Positions 30,648 through 39,317 of a stretch of DNA of 64,000 nucleotides are shown piece by piece. Under the pieces are notes generated by a model, which was given only the letters and a program-made list of their open reading frames with translations, did not search any database and was not told where the DNA came from. The DNA is from an uncultured Gammaproteobacteria bacterium. GTDB taxonomy: Bacteria > Patescibacteriota > Microgenomatia > Levybacterales > UBA12049. The stretch lies in the NCBI GenBank assembly GCA_965230895.1, contig OZ246394.1, forward strand, positions 833,955 through 897,954, given 5' to 3'. Both the position numbers and the translations under genes were made by a program. The first letter of the stretch is position 1; the number at the start of each line of letters is the position of its first letter.

Positions 30648-30682
30648 TTAGCAATCTATCATAGATTCTGCTAATTGTCAAT
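30648..30682 (-). promoter_or_regulatory. lon promoter (-35 TTGACA at 30677-30682) overlapped by a CIRCE-like inverted repeat (30648..30674)
   Basis: TTAGCAATC-tatcataga-TTCTGCTAA compared with CIRCE TTAGCACTC-N9-GAGTGCTAA gives 14 of 18 half-site positions. An extended palindrome TTAGCA..ATCTAT c ATAGATTCTGCTAA overlaps the spacer and -10 region. Confidence 0.35.
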
Positions 30683-30788
30683 GACTCAGACTAGATCATT
30701 GTTTTTTCTATAAGTACTGAGCCAATTTAGGATTACAATGTATCAACTTAACCTAAAACTGTCAACCCTAATTCGCGTATTGAAAGTA

Positions 30789-31154
30789 TTATTTAGCCTT
30801 AGTATGCTTCTTCACCATATAGAGAAGATCATCTATATTAAAGGGTTTTAGAAGAAAATCATCAGCTCCAGCTTCCTTTGTAATTTTTTCAGTTTCATTA
30901 TTTGCGGACATCATAACGAGAGGAATATGTTTAGTGTGCGGTTTGGATTTAATATTTTTGGCAATTTCGCCACCGTCTTCTCCGAAAAGCCAAATATCCA
31001 ATAGGATCATATCCGGAACATGTTTATCCACTGTCTTGTAAACAAGTTCACCTTGATCTGCAGTTAAGACATCATAGCCTTCGTTTTCTAAAATTATCTT
31101 AACTACTTCTATGATTGCTTTATCGTCTTCTGCGACGAGTATCTTTTTCTTCAT
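30789..31154 (-). CDS. single-domain response regulator (receiver), co-transcribed with sortase
   Basis: VAEDD…ILLDIWL… receiver signature; the start abuts the sortase stop. Confidence 0.75.
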   Translation of the reverse strand: MKKKILVAEDDKAIIEVVKIILENEGYDVLTADQGELVYKTVDKHVPDMILLDIWLFGEDGGEIAKNIKSKPHTKHIPLVMMSANNETEKITKEAGADDFLLKPFNIDDLLYMVKKHTKAK

Positions 31155-31763
31155 CTACTTTTCTACTAATTTCGAATATATCACGTGTCTATCCGAATAT
31201 CCGTTTTCTTTATTCCAATCACCATCACATGTGATGAGATTAAGCATTGGGGCTGAAGCATTACCAAAAACCTTTTCTATAGGAAATTCTTTATTTGGAT
31301 ATTTCTCAGAATCTGTGACTTCAAATGTCCAATCCTTTCCCTTGTCATCAGTTACAATTATTTCGTCTCCAACTTTCAACTTTGCTAAGTCCCAGAATAC
31401 AGCAGCTGTTCCATCTTTTTTATCATAATGGCCGGCAAGAACAGCATTTCCGTTCATTCCTGGTCGAAACCCTGGATTATACCAAGCTGTATTTTCATCA
31501 TTGCTAGGAGTATCCATTCTTCCTTGAGAATCATTTGCTACGGATTCTATTTCCGCATCAACGTTAATTGATGGGATACGAACCTTCTTTGGCAAACCTG
31601 GAAGTGGAGCTTCAGGCTTTTTAGCCAGTTCTTCTTCTGTTTGTTGAGACTGGGTTGAAAGGACTTGTTTGTCATTATCATTTTTGACGAAGTGTGAGGC
31701 AGATGTCCCGATTATTATCCCAGAAACAATAATTACGACTATTGTTACGAGTACTTTTAACAT
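31155..31763 (-). CDS. sortase family transpeptidase
   Basis: N-terminal TM anchor, catalytic His (LAGHY), TLITC-type NLITCDG Cys motif and downstream Arg. Confidence 0.8.
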   Translation of the reverse strand: MLKVLVTIVVIIVSGIIIGTSASHFVKNDNDKQVLSTQSQQTEEELAKKPEAPLPGLPKKVRIPSINVDAEIESVANDSQGRMDTPSNDENTAWYNPGFRPGMNGNAVLAGHYDKKDGTAAVFWDLAKLKVGDEIIVTDDKGKDWTFEVTDSEKYPNKEFPIEKVFGNASAPMLNLITCDGDWNKENGYSDRHVIYSKLVEK

Positions 31764-31793
31764 AATAAATTAAAATTTTAATTTGCTTTCAAC

Positions 31794-31833
31794 GGAGCAA
31801 GATGTATCAACAATGGTCAACACATCTTGCTCC
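31794..31833 (-). promoter_or_regulatory. perfect 12-bp stem hairpin between the small peptide gene and the sortase gene (attenuator or stability element)
   Basis: GGAGCAAGATGT-N16-ACATCTTGCTCC. Confidence 0.4.
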
Positions 31834-31871
31834 ATATATTTAAACGACATATTAGTTTAACTAATAGAAGC

Positions 31872-32054
31872 TTAGTTAGCTCTGAGACCAGTTGCTGGTG
31901 CTTCACTTGGCATAGCTGCACTAGTAGTTGGTGTTACAGTTGTCGTGTTGTTTGTTGTGTTTGTTGGTGTTGCTGTTTGTGCAAATGTCATTGTTGCCGC
32001 TGCCATTGCTGAAACTGCGAATACACCTGTTGCGATTACTGCTTTTTTGATCAT
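31872..32054 (-). CDS. small secreted Thr-rich peptide (signal peptide plus ~35 aa) ending in …EAPATGLRAN
   Basis: Strong SD (GGGAGGTG) before the ATG. A cleavable signal peptide, then a T/N-rich mature part. The gene sits first in the operon with the sortase. Confidence 0.5.
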   Translation of the reverse strand: MIKKAVIATGVFAVSAMAAATMTFAQTATPTNTTNNTTTVTPTTSAAMPSEAPATGLRAN

Positions 32055-32448
32055 ATACTCACCTCCCTTCGTGCAATTGAATTTACTCTTTTATTTTAAA
32101 GCTTAAACGAGTAGAAGCTTCACCGTTCCCATCAATAAACTGATGAGGAACGATAATTCATCCTAACATACTTTTTATTTTGACGTCAACCGCATAGCTA
32201 TTTTCTTACATCTAAAAGTACCTGACTCTTTAAATATTCATACATAAGGATTAGTTTTTTACATTAAAAAAGCAGTTTTTTTGATTTTTTCTATTAAGTA
32301 ATTACATAAAACTTAAGAAAAATAGCTCAACATTTCTTTCTAATTCCTTACAAGATTTTGGTAGATCTCTTATTGTTAAGCATTATCCTAACTCTATAAC
32401 GAACAGATTAATAAATTTACGATATGTATGAAAGGAGGTGAATAGATA

Positions 32449-32634
32449 ATGGCAAAAACAATGAAAAAAGGAAAAGGTCGTGGATTTGCTTCAATGAGCA
32501 AAGACAAACAGCGAGAAATCGCAAGTAAAGGAGGTCGTGCTGCACATAGCAAAGGTACAGCTCATAAGTGGACGAGCGAAGAAGCTCGAAAAGCTGGACA
32601 ACTTGGTGGCCGAGCACGCCAAAAGAAGTCTTAA
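32449..32634 (+). CDS. KGG-repeat general stress protein (YciG/Con-10-like)
   Basis: SKGGRAAHSKG… KGG repeats and a perfect SD (AAAGGAGGTG). Confidence 0.65.
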   Translation: MAKTMKKGKGRGFASMSKDKQREIASKGGRAAHSKGTAHKWTSEEARKAGQLGGRARQKKS

Positions 32635-32724
32635 TGACTTTAAAAGTCTTAACCGTTATATACGGGAAGCGAAATGATTTCGCTAGGTACTGCCCAATGC
32701 AGAGAAAGGAGGTGTAAAAAACGT

Positions 32725-32976
32725 ATGAATATTTTATCTTGGTTAATCTTTGGAACTATTGTAGGAATCGTTGCAAATGCAATTGATCCTTCGCCTAATA
32801 GAGGAGGTATCTTTGGATCTATCTTATTAGGAATTGTAGGAGCATTGGTCGGTGGATTCCTAGCCAATCTTATATTCGGTATAACGGTAACCGGATTTAA
32901 TGTAACATCATTCTTAGTCGCTATTGCAGGATCGCTATTATTACTCTTTGTCGGTAAGGCAATGCGGAGAGCCTAA
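32725..32976 (+). CDS. GlsB/YeaQ/YmgE family (transglycosylase-associated) stress membrane protein
   Basis: MNILSWLIFGTIVGIVANAI…GGIFGSILLGIVGALVGGFLANL is the Transgly_assoc signature. The SD is AAAGGAGGTG. Confidence 0.8.
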   Translation: MNILSWLIFGTIVGIVANAIDPSPNRGGIFGSILLGIVGALVGGFLANLIFGITVTGFNVTSFLVAIAGSLLLLFVGKAMRRA

Positions 32977-33007
32977 GAAATATGTTTAACAATGTTAAAG
33001 GGAGATG

Positions 33008-33055
33008 AGCAATCCCAGTAGTTACGAAGAAATAATTGGGATTGCTTTTCTCTCT
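33008..33055 (+). terminator. rho-independent terminator after the YeaQ-like gene
   Basis: AGCAATCCCA-N19-TGGGATTGCT followed by TTTCTCTCT. Confidence 0.5.
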
Positions 33056-33086
33056 AAATAAAATCTCTTGAAAGGAGGTGAATAAT

Positions 33087-33395
33087 ATGCAACTTATGCA
33101 AAATCAACAAAAAAAGAATAAACAAATAAGCCCACTTGCTGCTGGAATAACCGGTGTGGTGATTGGAGCAGCAGGAGCAGCTGCTATTGCGCTATCTGAT
33201 AAAGATACACGCAAAAAAGTAACTGTTAAAGCAATGAAAGCAAAGGATGATCTTCAGAAATGGAGTACAAAGACTGTCAAAGATATGCAAAACCGCAGAG
33301 AAAAGATAAAAACTGACTCTAAAGAAACAATCGATGACAATAAAGCAGCTGTCTCAAAGCAAATAAAAGATAAAATTGATGAGACGTTCAAATAA
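33087..33395 (+). CDS. YtxH-like small stress protein (N-terminal TM plus coiled-coil)
   Basis: GAGAAAIALSDKDTRKK… pattern; SD GGAGGTG 6 nt before the ATG at 33087. Confidence 0.5.
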   Translation: MQLMQNQQKKNKQISPLAAGITGVVIGAAGAAAIALSDKDTRKKVTVKAMKAKDDLQKWSTKTVKDMQNRREKIKTDSKETIDDNKAAVSKQIKDKIDETFK

Positions 33396-33423
33396 GCAAA
33401 TACATTAAAGCATTAAAAGGAGG

Positions 33424-33455
33424 AGATCTAATCTTCTCCTTTTTGCTTTAGAGAG
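33424..33455. terminator. bidirectional intrinsic terminator between the convergent stress gene and crp
   Basis: AAAAGGAGGAGAT-ctaa-ATCTTCTCCTTTT with A- and T-tracts on either side. Confidence 0.55.
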
Positions 33456-34137
33456 CTGTTTGAAGATGTGAACTGTTTTGCGAAAATAATGATATTTCTT
33501 CTTCAAATCGTTTAATATTTTTAATGGAGAGCAGCTTCCCAGACCTGCCTATAAACCCTTTCTTCTCAAGCTTTTTCATCTCAAGAGAGGTGGTTTCTCT
33601 CGTCAATCCGACTAATGCCGCGATATCACGATGTGTCAAAGGAACTTCAATAAGTACTTCATTATCCCCACTTGGCTTTCCGAAGCGCTTTGCACAAATA
33701 AGTAACGTTGTCGACACCTTCACATACGCATTACTTAAGATAAGGTATTCCATCCTGCTAAAGACGCTATCAACTTTACCCATTGCTTGAGAGGCTAAAT
33801 CATATAAGATATCGGGTTTAGTAGTAATAAACTTAATGAATTCATCTTGAGGAGCACTCCATAATTCGAGTTGCGTAAGTGCTTCAAGATAATATCCATT
33901 TACATTTTTACTGAAACCTGACGTAAAAGGGAAAAAGTCTTTTGGTTTGAGAATCGATAAAGTTAGCTCTTCACCATCCTCTGTAATTTTATATACACGC
34001 ACAAAACCATTCTTTATATAAAACACACTTTTGGGAGAATCATTTGGATGGAGGATCATAACACGCTTTTTATAATAGTGGAGAGGGTTTCGTTCAAAGA
34101 ATTCATCTAACTGAGTAGCAATTGTCTTTTTTATCAT
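33448..34137 (-). CDS. Crp/Fnr family transcriptional regulator
   Basis: N-terminal cNMP-binding β-roll and C-terminal HTH (RDIAALVGLTRETTSLEMKKLEKKGFI). Confidence 0.8.
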   Translation of the reverse strand: MIKKTIATQLDEFFERNPLHYYKKRVMILHPNDSPKSVFYIKNGFVRVYKITEDGEELTLSILKPKDFFPFTSGFSKNVNGYYLEALTQLELWSAPQDEFIKFITTKPDILYDLASQAMGKVDSVFSRMEYLILSNAYVKVSTTLLICAKRFGKPSGDNEVLIEVPLTHRDIAALVGLTRETTSLEMKKLEKKGFIGRSGKLLSIKNIKRFEEEISLFSQNSSHLQTAL

Positions 34138-34266
34138 ATTCTTAGATTAATATATATAATACGAATACGTCTTGATAGAAAAATGTGTATTATGTAAGAA
34201 ATCATTAAGAAATGGCTATAGACTCTTTGTGATTCGCTTGTAATTTGGTAAGATTACCTTTGTAAA

Positions 34267-35439
34267 ATGAAAATTGATATTTTGGAGCAGATATATCTGA
34301 CTTCCACGGATCTTCTCAATGCAAATTCACCGAAAAAGCTTGAAACTACAATCGTAGAATCAGCGAAAAGATTAAGCGGAGCTGATTACTCACAACTTTA
34401 TTTTAATCAAAAAGACAGATTGAAAAAGGTGCAAAGCTCAGATGCCGAGGTAAAGAAATGTACCATGGTTAAAATGCCAGGGTTTAAAAAATACGCATTA
34501 AAACATAATATTGTTTCTGTGCCCCAGGATGTTTTAAAAACATGGAATATTGATCATATGCCTCCTAATATCCATGCAATTAACATTCTTCCCCTTCTAC
34601 ATAAAGAGGCTACATTAGGTTTTGTTGTATTATTCTTTACAGAGAAAAAGGAGATTCCGGATCATATTAAACATGCACTCTTTACACTCAGCCAGATAGC
34701 GGTTTTGGCTGTAACAAAGTCCAGAATTCAAGAGGAATCAAAAAAGGCTTTAGAAATTAGAGATAGATTTATATCATTAGCATCACATGAATTGAGAACT
34801 CCTCTAACATCGCTCCATGGGTATATTCAACTATTACATGCACGAATGACTGGCAAAGATTCCGTGGAAGCACGCTGGATTAACGAACTCCATATTGAAA
34901 GTATCCGTTTAACTACTCTTGTAAAAGAACTTCTTGATGTAAATAGAATTAAACAAGGCCAATTTGCTTTTGTATTTAGTGAAGTTCCTATGCAAGAGGT
35001 CATCCAACGAGCAATTGAACATTACCGATTAACAAGCGCTGATCACCCCATTGTTTTTCAGAATAAACTCGAAGATGACGGCAAAGTTGTTGGAGACTTC
35101 GATAAATTAGTTGAAATGGTGTCAGGACTCTTAGGGAATGCTATTAAATTCTCAAAACCTCAGGAGAAAATTACAATTACGCTTAAAAATTTGCAAGGTA
35201 CACTTTCGCTTACAGTAAGAGATACTGGAAAAGGAATAAGTAAAAAGGATCTTGCTGCAGTATTTGATGGATTTTATAAAAGTTCGCATGCAAGTCATTT
35301 AGAAGGAATGGGTGTAGGATTACTTTTGGCAAAGCATATTGTAGAAAATCACCGTGGCAAGATTAAAATTACATCGAAAGAAAATAAAGGTACGAAAGTA
35401 GAAATTATTCTCCCGTCAATTAAAGCGACTCCCCTTTAA
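34267..35439 (+). CDS. cytoplasmic sensor histidine kinase (sensor domain, HisKA and HATPase_c)
   Basis: H-box SHELRTPLTSLHGY, N-box GNAIKFS, G1 DTGKGI and G2 GMGVGL; no TM helices. Confidence 0.85.
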   Translation: MKIDILEQIYLTSTDLLNANSPKKLETTIVESAKRLSGADYSQLYFNQKDRLKKVQSSDAEVKKCTMVKMPGFKKYALKHNIVSVPQDVLKTWNIDHMPPNIHAINILPLLHKEATLGFVVLFFTEKKEIPDHIKHALFTLSQIAVLAVTKSRIQEESKKALEIRDRFISLASHELRTPLTSLHGYIQLLHARMTGKDSVEARWINELHIESIRLTTLVKELLDVNRIKQGQFAFVFSEVPMQEVIQRAIEHYRLTSADHPIVFQNKLEDDGKVVGDFDKLVEMVSGLLGNAIKFSKPQEKITITLKNLQGTLSLTVRDTGKGISKKDLAAVFDGFYKSSHASHLEGMGVGLLLAKHIVENHRGKIKITSKENKGTKVEIILPSIKATPL

Positions 35440-37026
35440 AATGCAGGCTTCGTAAGGTTTTAATGTGATTTTTGTAGTATGAGAATCTTTGTGCTGATCA
35501 AAAGCCGTACTTAAAAGCAATTCACCATTCTTTACTGAGCACTCCTGCTCCTGATCTGTAAAGTTCAATAAGATTAATCTTGAATCATCTTCAACCGATC
35601 TTGTAAAAGCGAATACATTATTATTCTGGGCATCAAAATCATCATATGCTCCATTTAAGAAAACAGTATCTTCAATGCGCAACTTTAAGAGTTTCCTATA
35701 AAGTTTTAACATTGACGTCTCTTGAGAATCTTGCATTGCCACATTTCTTTCCTTCCAAACATCTTCTAGCGGTAGCCATGGTCTTCCTTTCGTAAATCCG
35801 GCATTGTCTGATGTATCCCACTGCATTGGCGTCCGCACAGGATCACGTCCAAAACCTGGCGAACCAAATTCTTTCATATCGTGAACCATTTCCCGTGGAA
35901 TATGAACGTCTTCCATCCCAAGTTCTTCACCATAGTAAATGACTGGCATTCCAGGGAGAGTGAGCAATAATACAGCGGCAATCTTTGCTTGTCCGCGACC
36001 AAATCGTGTAGCAACTCGAGGTTTGTCATGATTGCCGAAAACAAAAGTTGGAAGCTCTTTTGGCGTCAGTGCTTTAATGTACGCTGTTACAAATTTTCGA
36101 TATGATTCAGCACTCCAGGGAATTCGTTGAAGTTCAAAATTGAAAGGGATGACATTGCCACTCGAAATACTTTCGTAGTACTGTTTATAAAGAGGAATTG
36201 CATCGGTACCTTTTTTATTGAGATATGACTCTGTAACAAGAAAGCCTTCTTTACTGTTTTCACTGATAAACTTCCCGAGATCATCGATAATGTCGAAGAG
36301 TTCCGCTTGATCACGCATGTAAATATGTAATTTCTTATAAAATGGTTGGATTTTCCCTTCTTGATATGTAGGATCATCAGGTTCATCAAGAAAACGTTGG
36401 TCTTTCCACAAATAATTCGCTGCATCCAATCGAAAGCCATCGACTCCCCGATCAATCCAGAACTTAATAATATCTTTGACCGCTTGCATCACTTCAGGAT
36501 TTGTCCAATTCAGATCTGGTTGTTCTGTTAGAAAAGAATGGAAATAGTATTGTCTTGTTTTTTCGTCAAATTCCCAGGCGGTGGGTTCAAAAACACTCAT
36601 CCAATTATTTGGGACACTTCCATCAACTGGATCCTTCCATATGTACCAATCTCTTTTGGGGTTGTCGCGGCTTGATCTCGATTCTTTAAACCATGGATGC
36701 TGGTCAGAAGTATGATTAACGACTAAATCTATAACTACTTTTATATCACGGGCATGACACGCATTGATAAGATCTTCAAAATCATTAAGTGTTCCAAATT
36801 CTGTGGATACATCGCAGTAATCCACAATATCATAGCCGCCATCTTTCATGGGTGAGGGATAAAAAGGAGTGATCCAAATAGCATTAATGCCTAAATCGTG
36901 GAGATATTCGAGTCGTGAGATTATACCTGGGATATCACCATAACCATCACCATTGGAGTCTTGAAAACTACGAGGATATATTTCGTAAAGTACGAGATTA
37001 TTCTTTGATAACATAACCAAAGCCAC
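35416..37026 (-). CDS. GH13 alpha-glucosidase / oligo-1,6-glucosidase / trehalose-6-P hydrolase family
   Basis: YEIYPRSFQDSNGDGYGDIPGI…DLVVNHTSDQHPWF, GVDGFRLDAANYL nucleophile region, and EELG…NHD. Confidence 0.85.
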   Translation of the reverse strand: MALVMLSKNNLVLYEIYPRSFQDSNGDGYGDIPGIISRLEYLHDLGINAIWITPFYPSPMKDGGYDIVDYCDVSTEFGTLNDFEDLINACHARDIKVVIDLVVNHTSDQHPWFKESRSSRDNPKRDWYIWKDPVDGSVPNNWMSVFEPTAWEFDEKTRQYYFHSFLTEQPDLNWTNPEVMQAVKDIIKFWIDRGVDGFRLDAANYLWKDQRFLDEPDDPTYQEGKIQPFYKKLHIYMRDQAELFDIIDDLGKFISENSKEGFLVTESYLNKKGTDAIPLYKQYYESISSGNVIPFNFELQRIPWSAESYRKFVTAYIKALTPKELPTFVFGNHDKPRVATRFGRGQAKIAAVLLLTLPGMPVIYYGEELGMEDVHIPREMVHDMKEFGSPGFGRDPVRTPMQWDTSDNAGFTKGRPWLPLEDVWKERNVAMQDSQETSMLKLYRKLLKLRIEDTVFLNGAYDDFDAQNNNVFAFTRSVEDDSRLILLNFTDQEQECSVKNGELLLSTAFDQHKDSHTTKITLKPYEACILKGSRFN

Positions 37027-37669
37027 GAACTGAATGCAGTAGCTTTTTCTCTGAATCTGAGTCTACTTTCTTTCGGAGATAGCCCATATAGACGTCAACA
37101 ACACGGGTTTCAACATCGCTTGAATAGAGCCAAATTCTTGAAAGAATCATTTCTCGAGTAAGAATACGACCTTTATTGCTCATAAGGTATTGGAGTAATT
37201 TAAATTCCTGAGGAGTAAGCTGAATTTGTTTGCCACTTCTTTTGACTTCCATTGTCTTTGAATCAAGTTCAAGATCTGCAACTTTAAGAATTGCTTCATT
37301 ACTCACTTGCTTTCGAAGTCGAGCTTTAATGCGGGCTAGGAATTCATCAGCCACAAATGGTTTGGTCATATAATCATCCGCTCCAAGATTTAATCCCTCA
37401 ACGATATCGTTGATAGAATCTTTTGCTGTAAGAATAATAATTGGAAGGTCTTTATATTTCTTGCGGATTTCACGAGTTACAGCCTCACCAGACATAACTG
37501 GAAGACCAAGATCCATGACAACCAAATCAGGTTCAGTTTTTTTGAAGTAATCTAAGGCCGCGATTCCATCAGAAACGGTATGAACGGAATATCCGTTATC
37601 AAGAAGAAGTTCTTTAAGATATTTTTGCAATCCACGGTCGTCTTCGACCACAAGTATTGTTTGCATCAT
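36998..37669 (-). CDS. OmpR-family response regulator (receiver plus winged-helix)
   Basis: ILVVEDD…LVVMDLGLP receiver and LTPQEFKLLQYL…RVVDVYMGYLRKK trans_reg_C domain. The start is taken at MMQTIL, and the stop overlaps the GH13 gene start. Confidence 0.8.
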   Translation of the reverse strand: MMQTILVVEDDRGLQKYLKELLLDNGYSVHTVSDGIAALDYFKKTEPDLVVMDLGLPVMSGEAVTREIRKKYKDLPIIILTAKDSINDIVEGLNLGADDYMTKPFVADEFLARIKARLRKQVSNEAILKVADLELDSKTMEVKRSGKQIQLTPQEFKLLQYLMSNKGRILTREMILSRIWLYSSDVETRVVDVYMGYLRKKVDSDSEKKLLHSVRGFGYVIKE

Positions 37670-37926
37670 AACTCGTGACATTATAGCAACAAATGTAAGA
37701 ACGCACAACTCATAAAATTGTTTTACCCGTAATCGACTATAAGACAAGAATAATTGTTGCATTCAGTACAACGATGAGCTTGACTGAAAAGTAAGTAATT
37801 GTTATAAATTTACATAATACTTCAATCACTTCAAACTCTTCCGTATCTAGAAACTCATCTTTTTTACAAAATATTTCATTATTTACACATTTCTTACCTC
37901 TTTATGATTGAAAATTTATATGGGTC

Positions 37927-37955
37927 TTGACATAATAAAAGGTTGTTCATATACT
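37927..37955 (+). promoter_or_regulatory. sigma70-like promoter TTGACA-17-TATACT upstream of the GH18 gene (short or leaderless 5' end)
   Basis: Consensus -35 and near-consensus -10 lie 16 nt before the ATG. Confidence 0.35.
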
Positions 37956-37971
37956 GACTCTCATAGATCCC

Positions 37972-39315
37972 ATGAACATGTCTCTGCCCAAAAATTCCAA
38001 AATAGAAAGTCCTGCTGAGAGTAAAAACTTGAGTAACGAACTTATTAAAAAATCTAAAAAAGGTACACTTTTCGCTTTTGTAAATTGCTTCCTTATTATT
38101 GTATGTCTTCTTTTAGCAGTCGCTTCAGACCAATATAATGTGCATGCCTTAACACACCTCATTTCCCCTAAAGCAGCAGCATCTGATACTAAACCATCGC
38201 TGACTCCATTGAAGGAAACGAAAAAAGGGTATCAAGTATACGGATACGCTCCTCATTGGACATTCAATAAACTTGATGATGTCGACTTCAACGCTTTAAC
38301 AACATTTGCATACTTTGGCGTTCCAATCCAAATAGATGGAAGTTTGGACAGAAAGGATAAAGGCTATGAAGTATTTAAAAGTGATGAAGCAACAAGAATC
38401 TTTCAAAAGGCTCATGATGCCGGGACAAAAGTAAACCTTACCGTCACAATTATGGATAACGATAAGATCCTTGCGTTCTTAGATAATCCAATAGCCCAAG
38501 ATGCTGCAGTCAATGAAATTGTTACAGAAGTAAAAGCTCGCGGCATTGATGGTGTCAGTATCGATGTAGAATATGTAGGGAAACCGGATGATCAATACCG
38601 TGGAAAGTTCAGCAATTTTGTCGCTCATGTTACTGAAAGCATGCACCAAGAAGTTCCAGGGTCACAAGTAACAGTTGCTGTTTATGCACTTTCAGCTAAA
38701 CAACCGCAACTTTATGACATCGCTGCTTTAGGAAAAAGTGCAGACAGCATTTTTATGATGGCATATGACTTCTCTGTAAAAGGATCGAAGACGTCATCAC
38801 CGACAGCACCTCTTTATGGACATCAGAATGGGAAATATTCATATGATATTGCCACCGCTGTTGAAGACTTCTTAAAAGTTATGCCTGCTGAGAAGTTAAT
38901 TCTTGGAGTTCCCTACTATGGATACAACTATGTTGTCACAACTCCTGTGGTTAAAAGCGCGACGAAACCAGCAACATGGAAAAGTAGTCCATCTGTCCAA
39001 ACCTATGCGCTTGCGCAATCCAACGTTAATGCGAACATGGACGGAATAAAAGCGTATCAAGAAGGCTGGGATGATGATGCGCAAGTCGGATGGAGAGCAT
39101 ATAAACTTGCAAATACCAACACATGGAGAATGATCTTCGTTGAAGATGAGAAATCACTCGGTATCAAATATGACTTCGCAAAGTCTCAAAACCTTGGCGG
39201 TGTCGGGATTTGGGCTTTAGGATTTGATCACGGACATACAGAACTTTGGTCTCTATTACGAGACAAATTTGGGACAAAAGATATCGCTGACAGCCGAGGA
39301 CTTTTATATAAGTAA
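37972..39315 (+). CDS. glycoside hydrolase family 18 (chitinase-like), N-terminally anchored
   Basis: DGVSIDVEY catalytic DxxDxDxE motif and (β/α)8 signatures; TM anchor. Confidence 0.8.
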   Translation: MNMSLPKNSKIESPAESKNLSNELIKKSKKGTLFAFVNCFLIIVCLLLAVASDQYNVHALTHLISPKAAASDTKPSLTPLKETKKGYQVYGYAPHWTFNKLDDVDFNALTTFAYFGVPIQIDGSLDRKDKGYEVFKSDEATRIFQKAHDAGTKVNLTVTIMDNDKILAFLDNPIAQDAAVNEIVTEVKARGIDGVSIDVEYVGKPDDQYRGKFSNFVAHVTESMHQEVPGSQVTVAVYALSAKQPQLYDIAALGKSADSIFMMAYDFSVKGSKTSSPTAPLYGHQNGKYSYDIATAVEDFLKVMPAEKLILGVPYYGYNYVVTTPVVKSATKPATWKSSPSVQTYALAQSNVNANMDGIKAYQEGWDDDAQVGWRAYKLANTNTWRMIFVEDEKSLGIKYDFAKSQNLGGVGIWALGFDHGHTELWSLLRDKFGTKDIADSRGLLYK

Positions 39316-39317
39316 TT

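Noticed and set aside
31827-32012. 61-aa poly-Cys ORF (…CCVCWCCCLCKCHCCRCHC)
   Set aside because: It is antisense to the Thr-rich small peptide gene. ACN codon repeats read on the opposite strand give TGT/TGC runs. It has no SD.
36087-36455. 122-aa ORF on the minus strand in another frame
   Set aside because: It overlaps the well-supported GH13 gene completely and has no independent signal.
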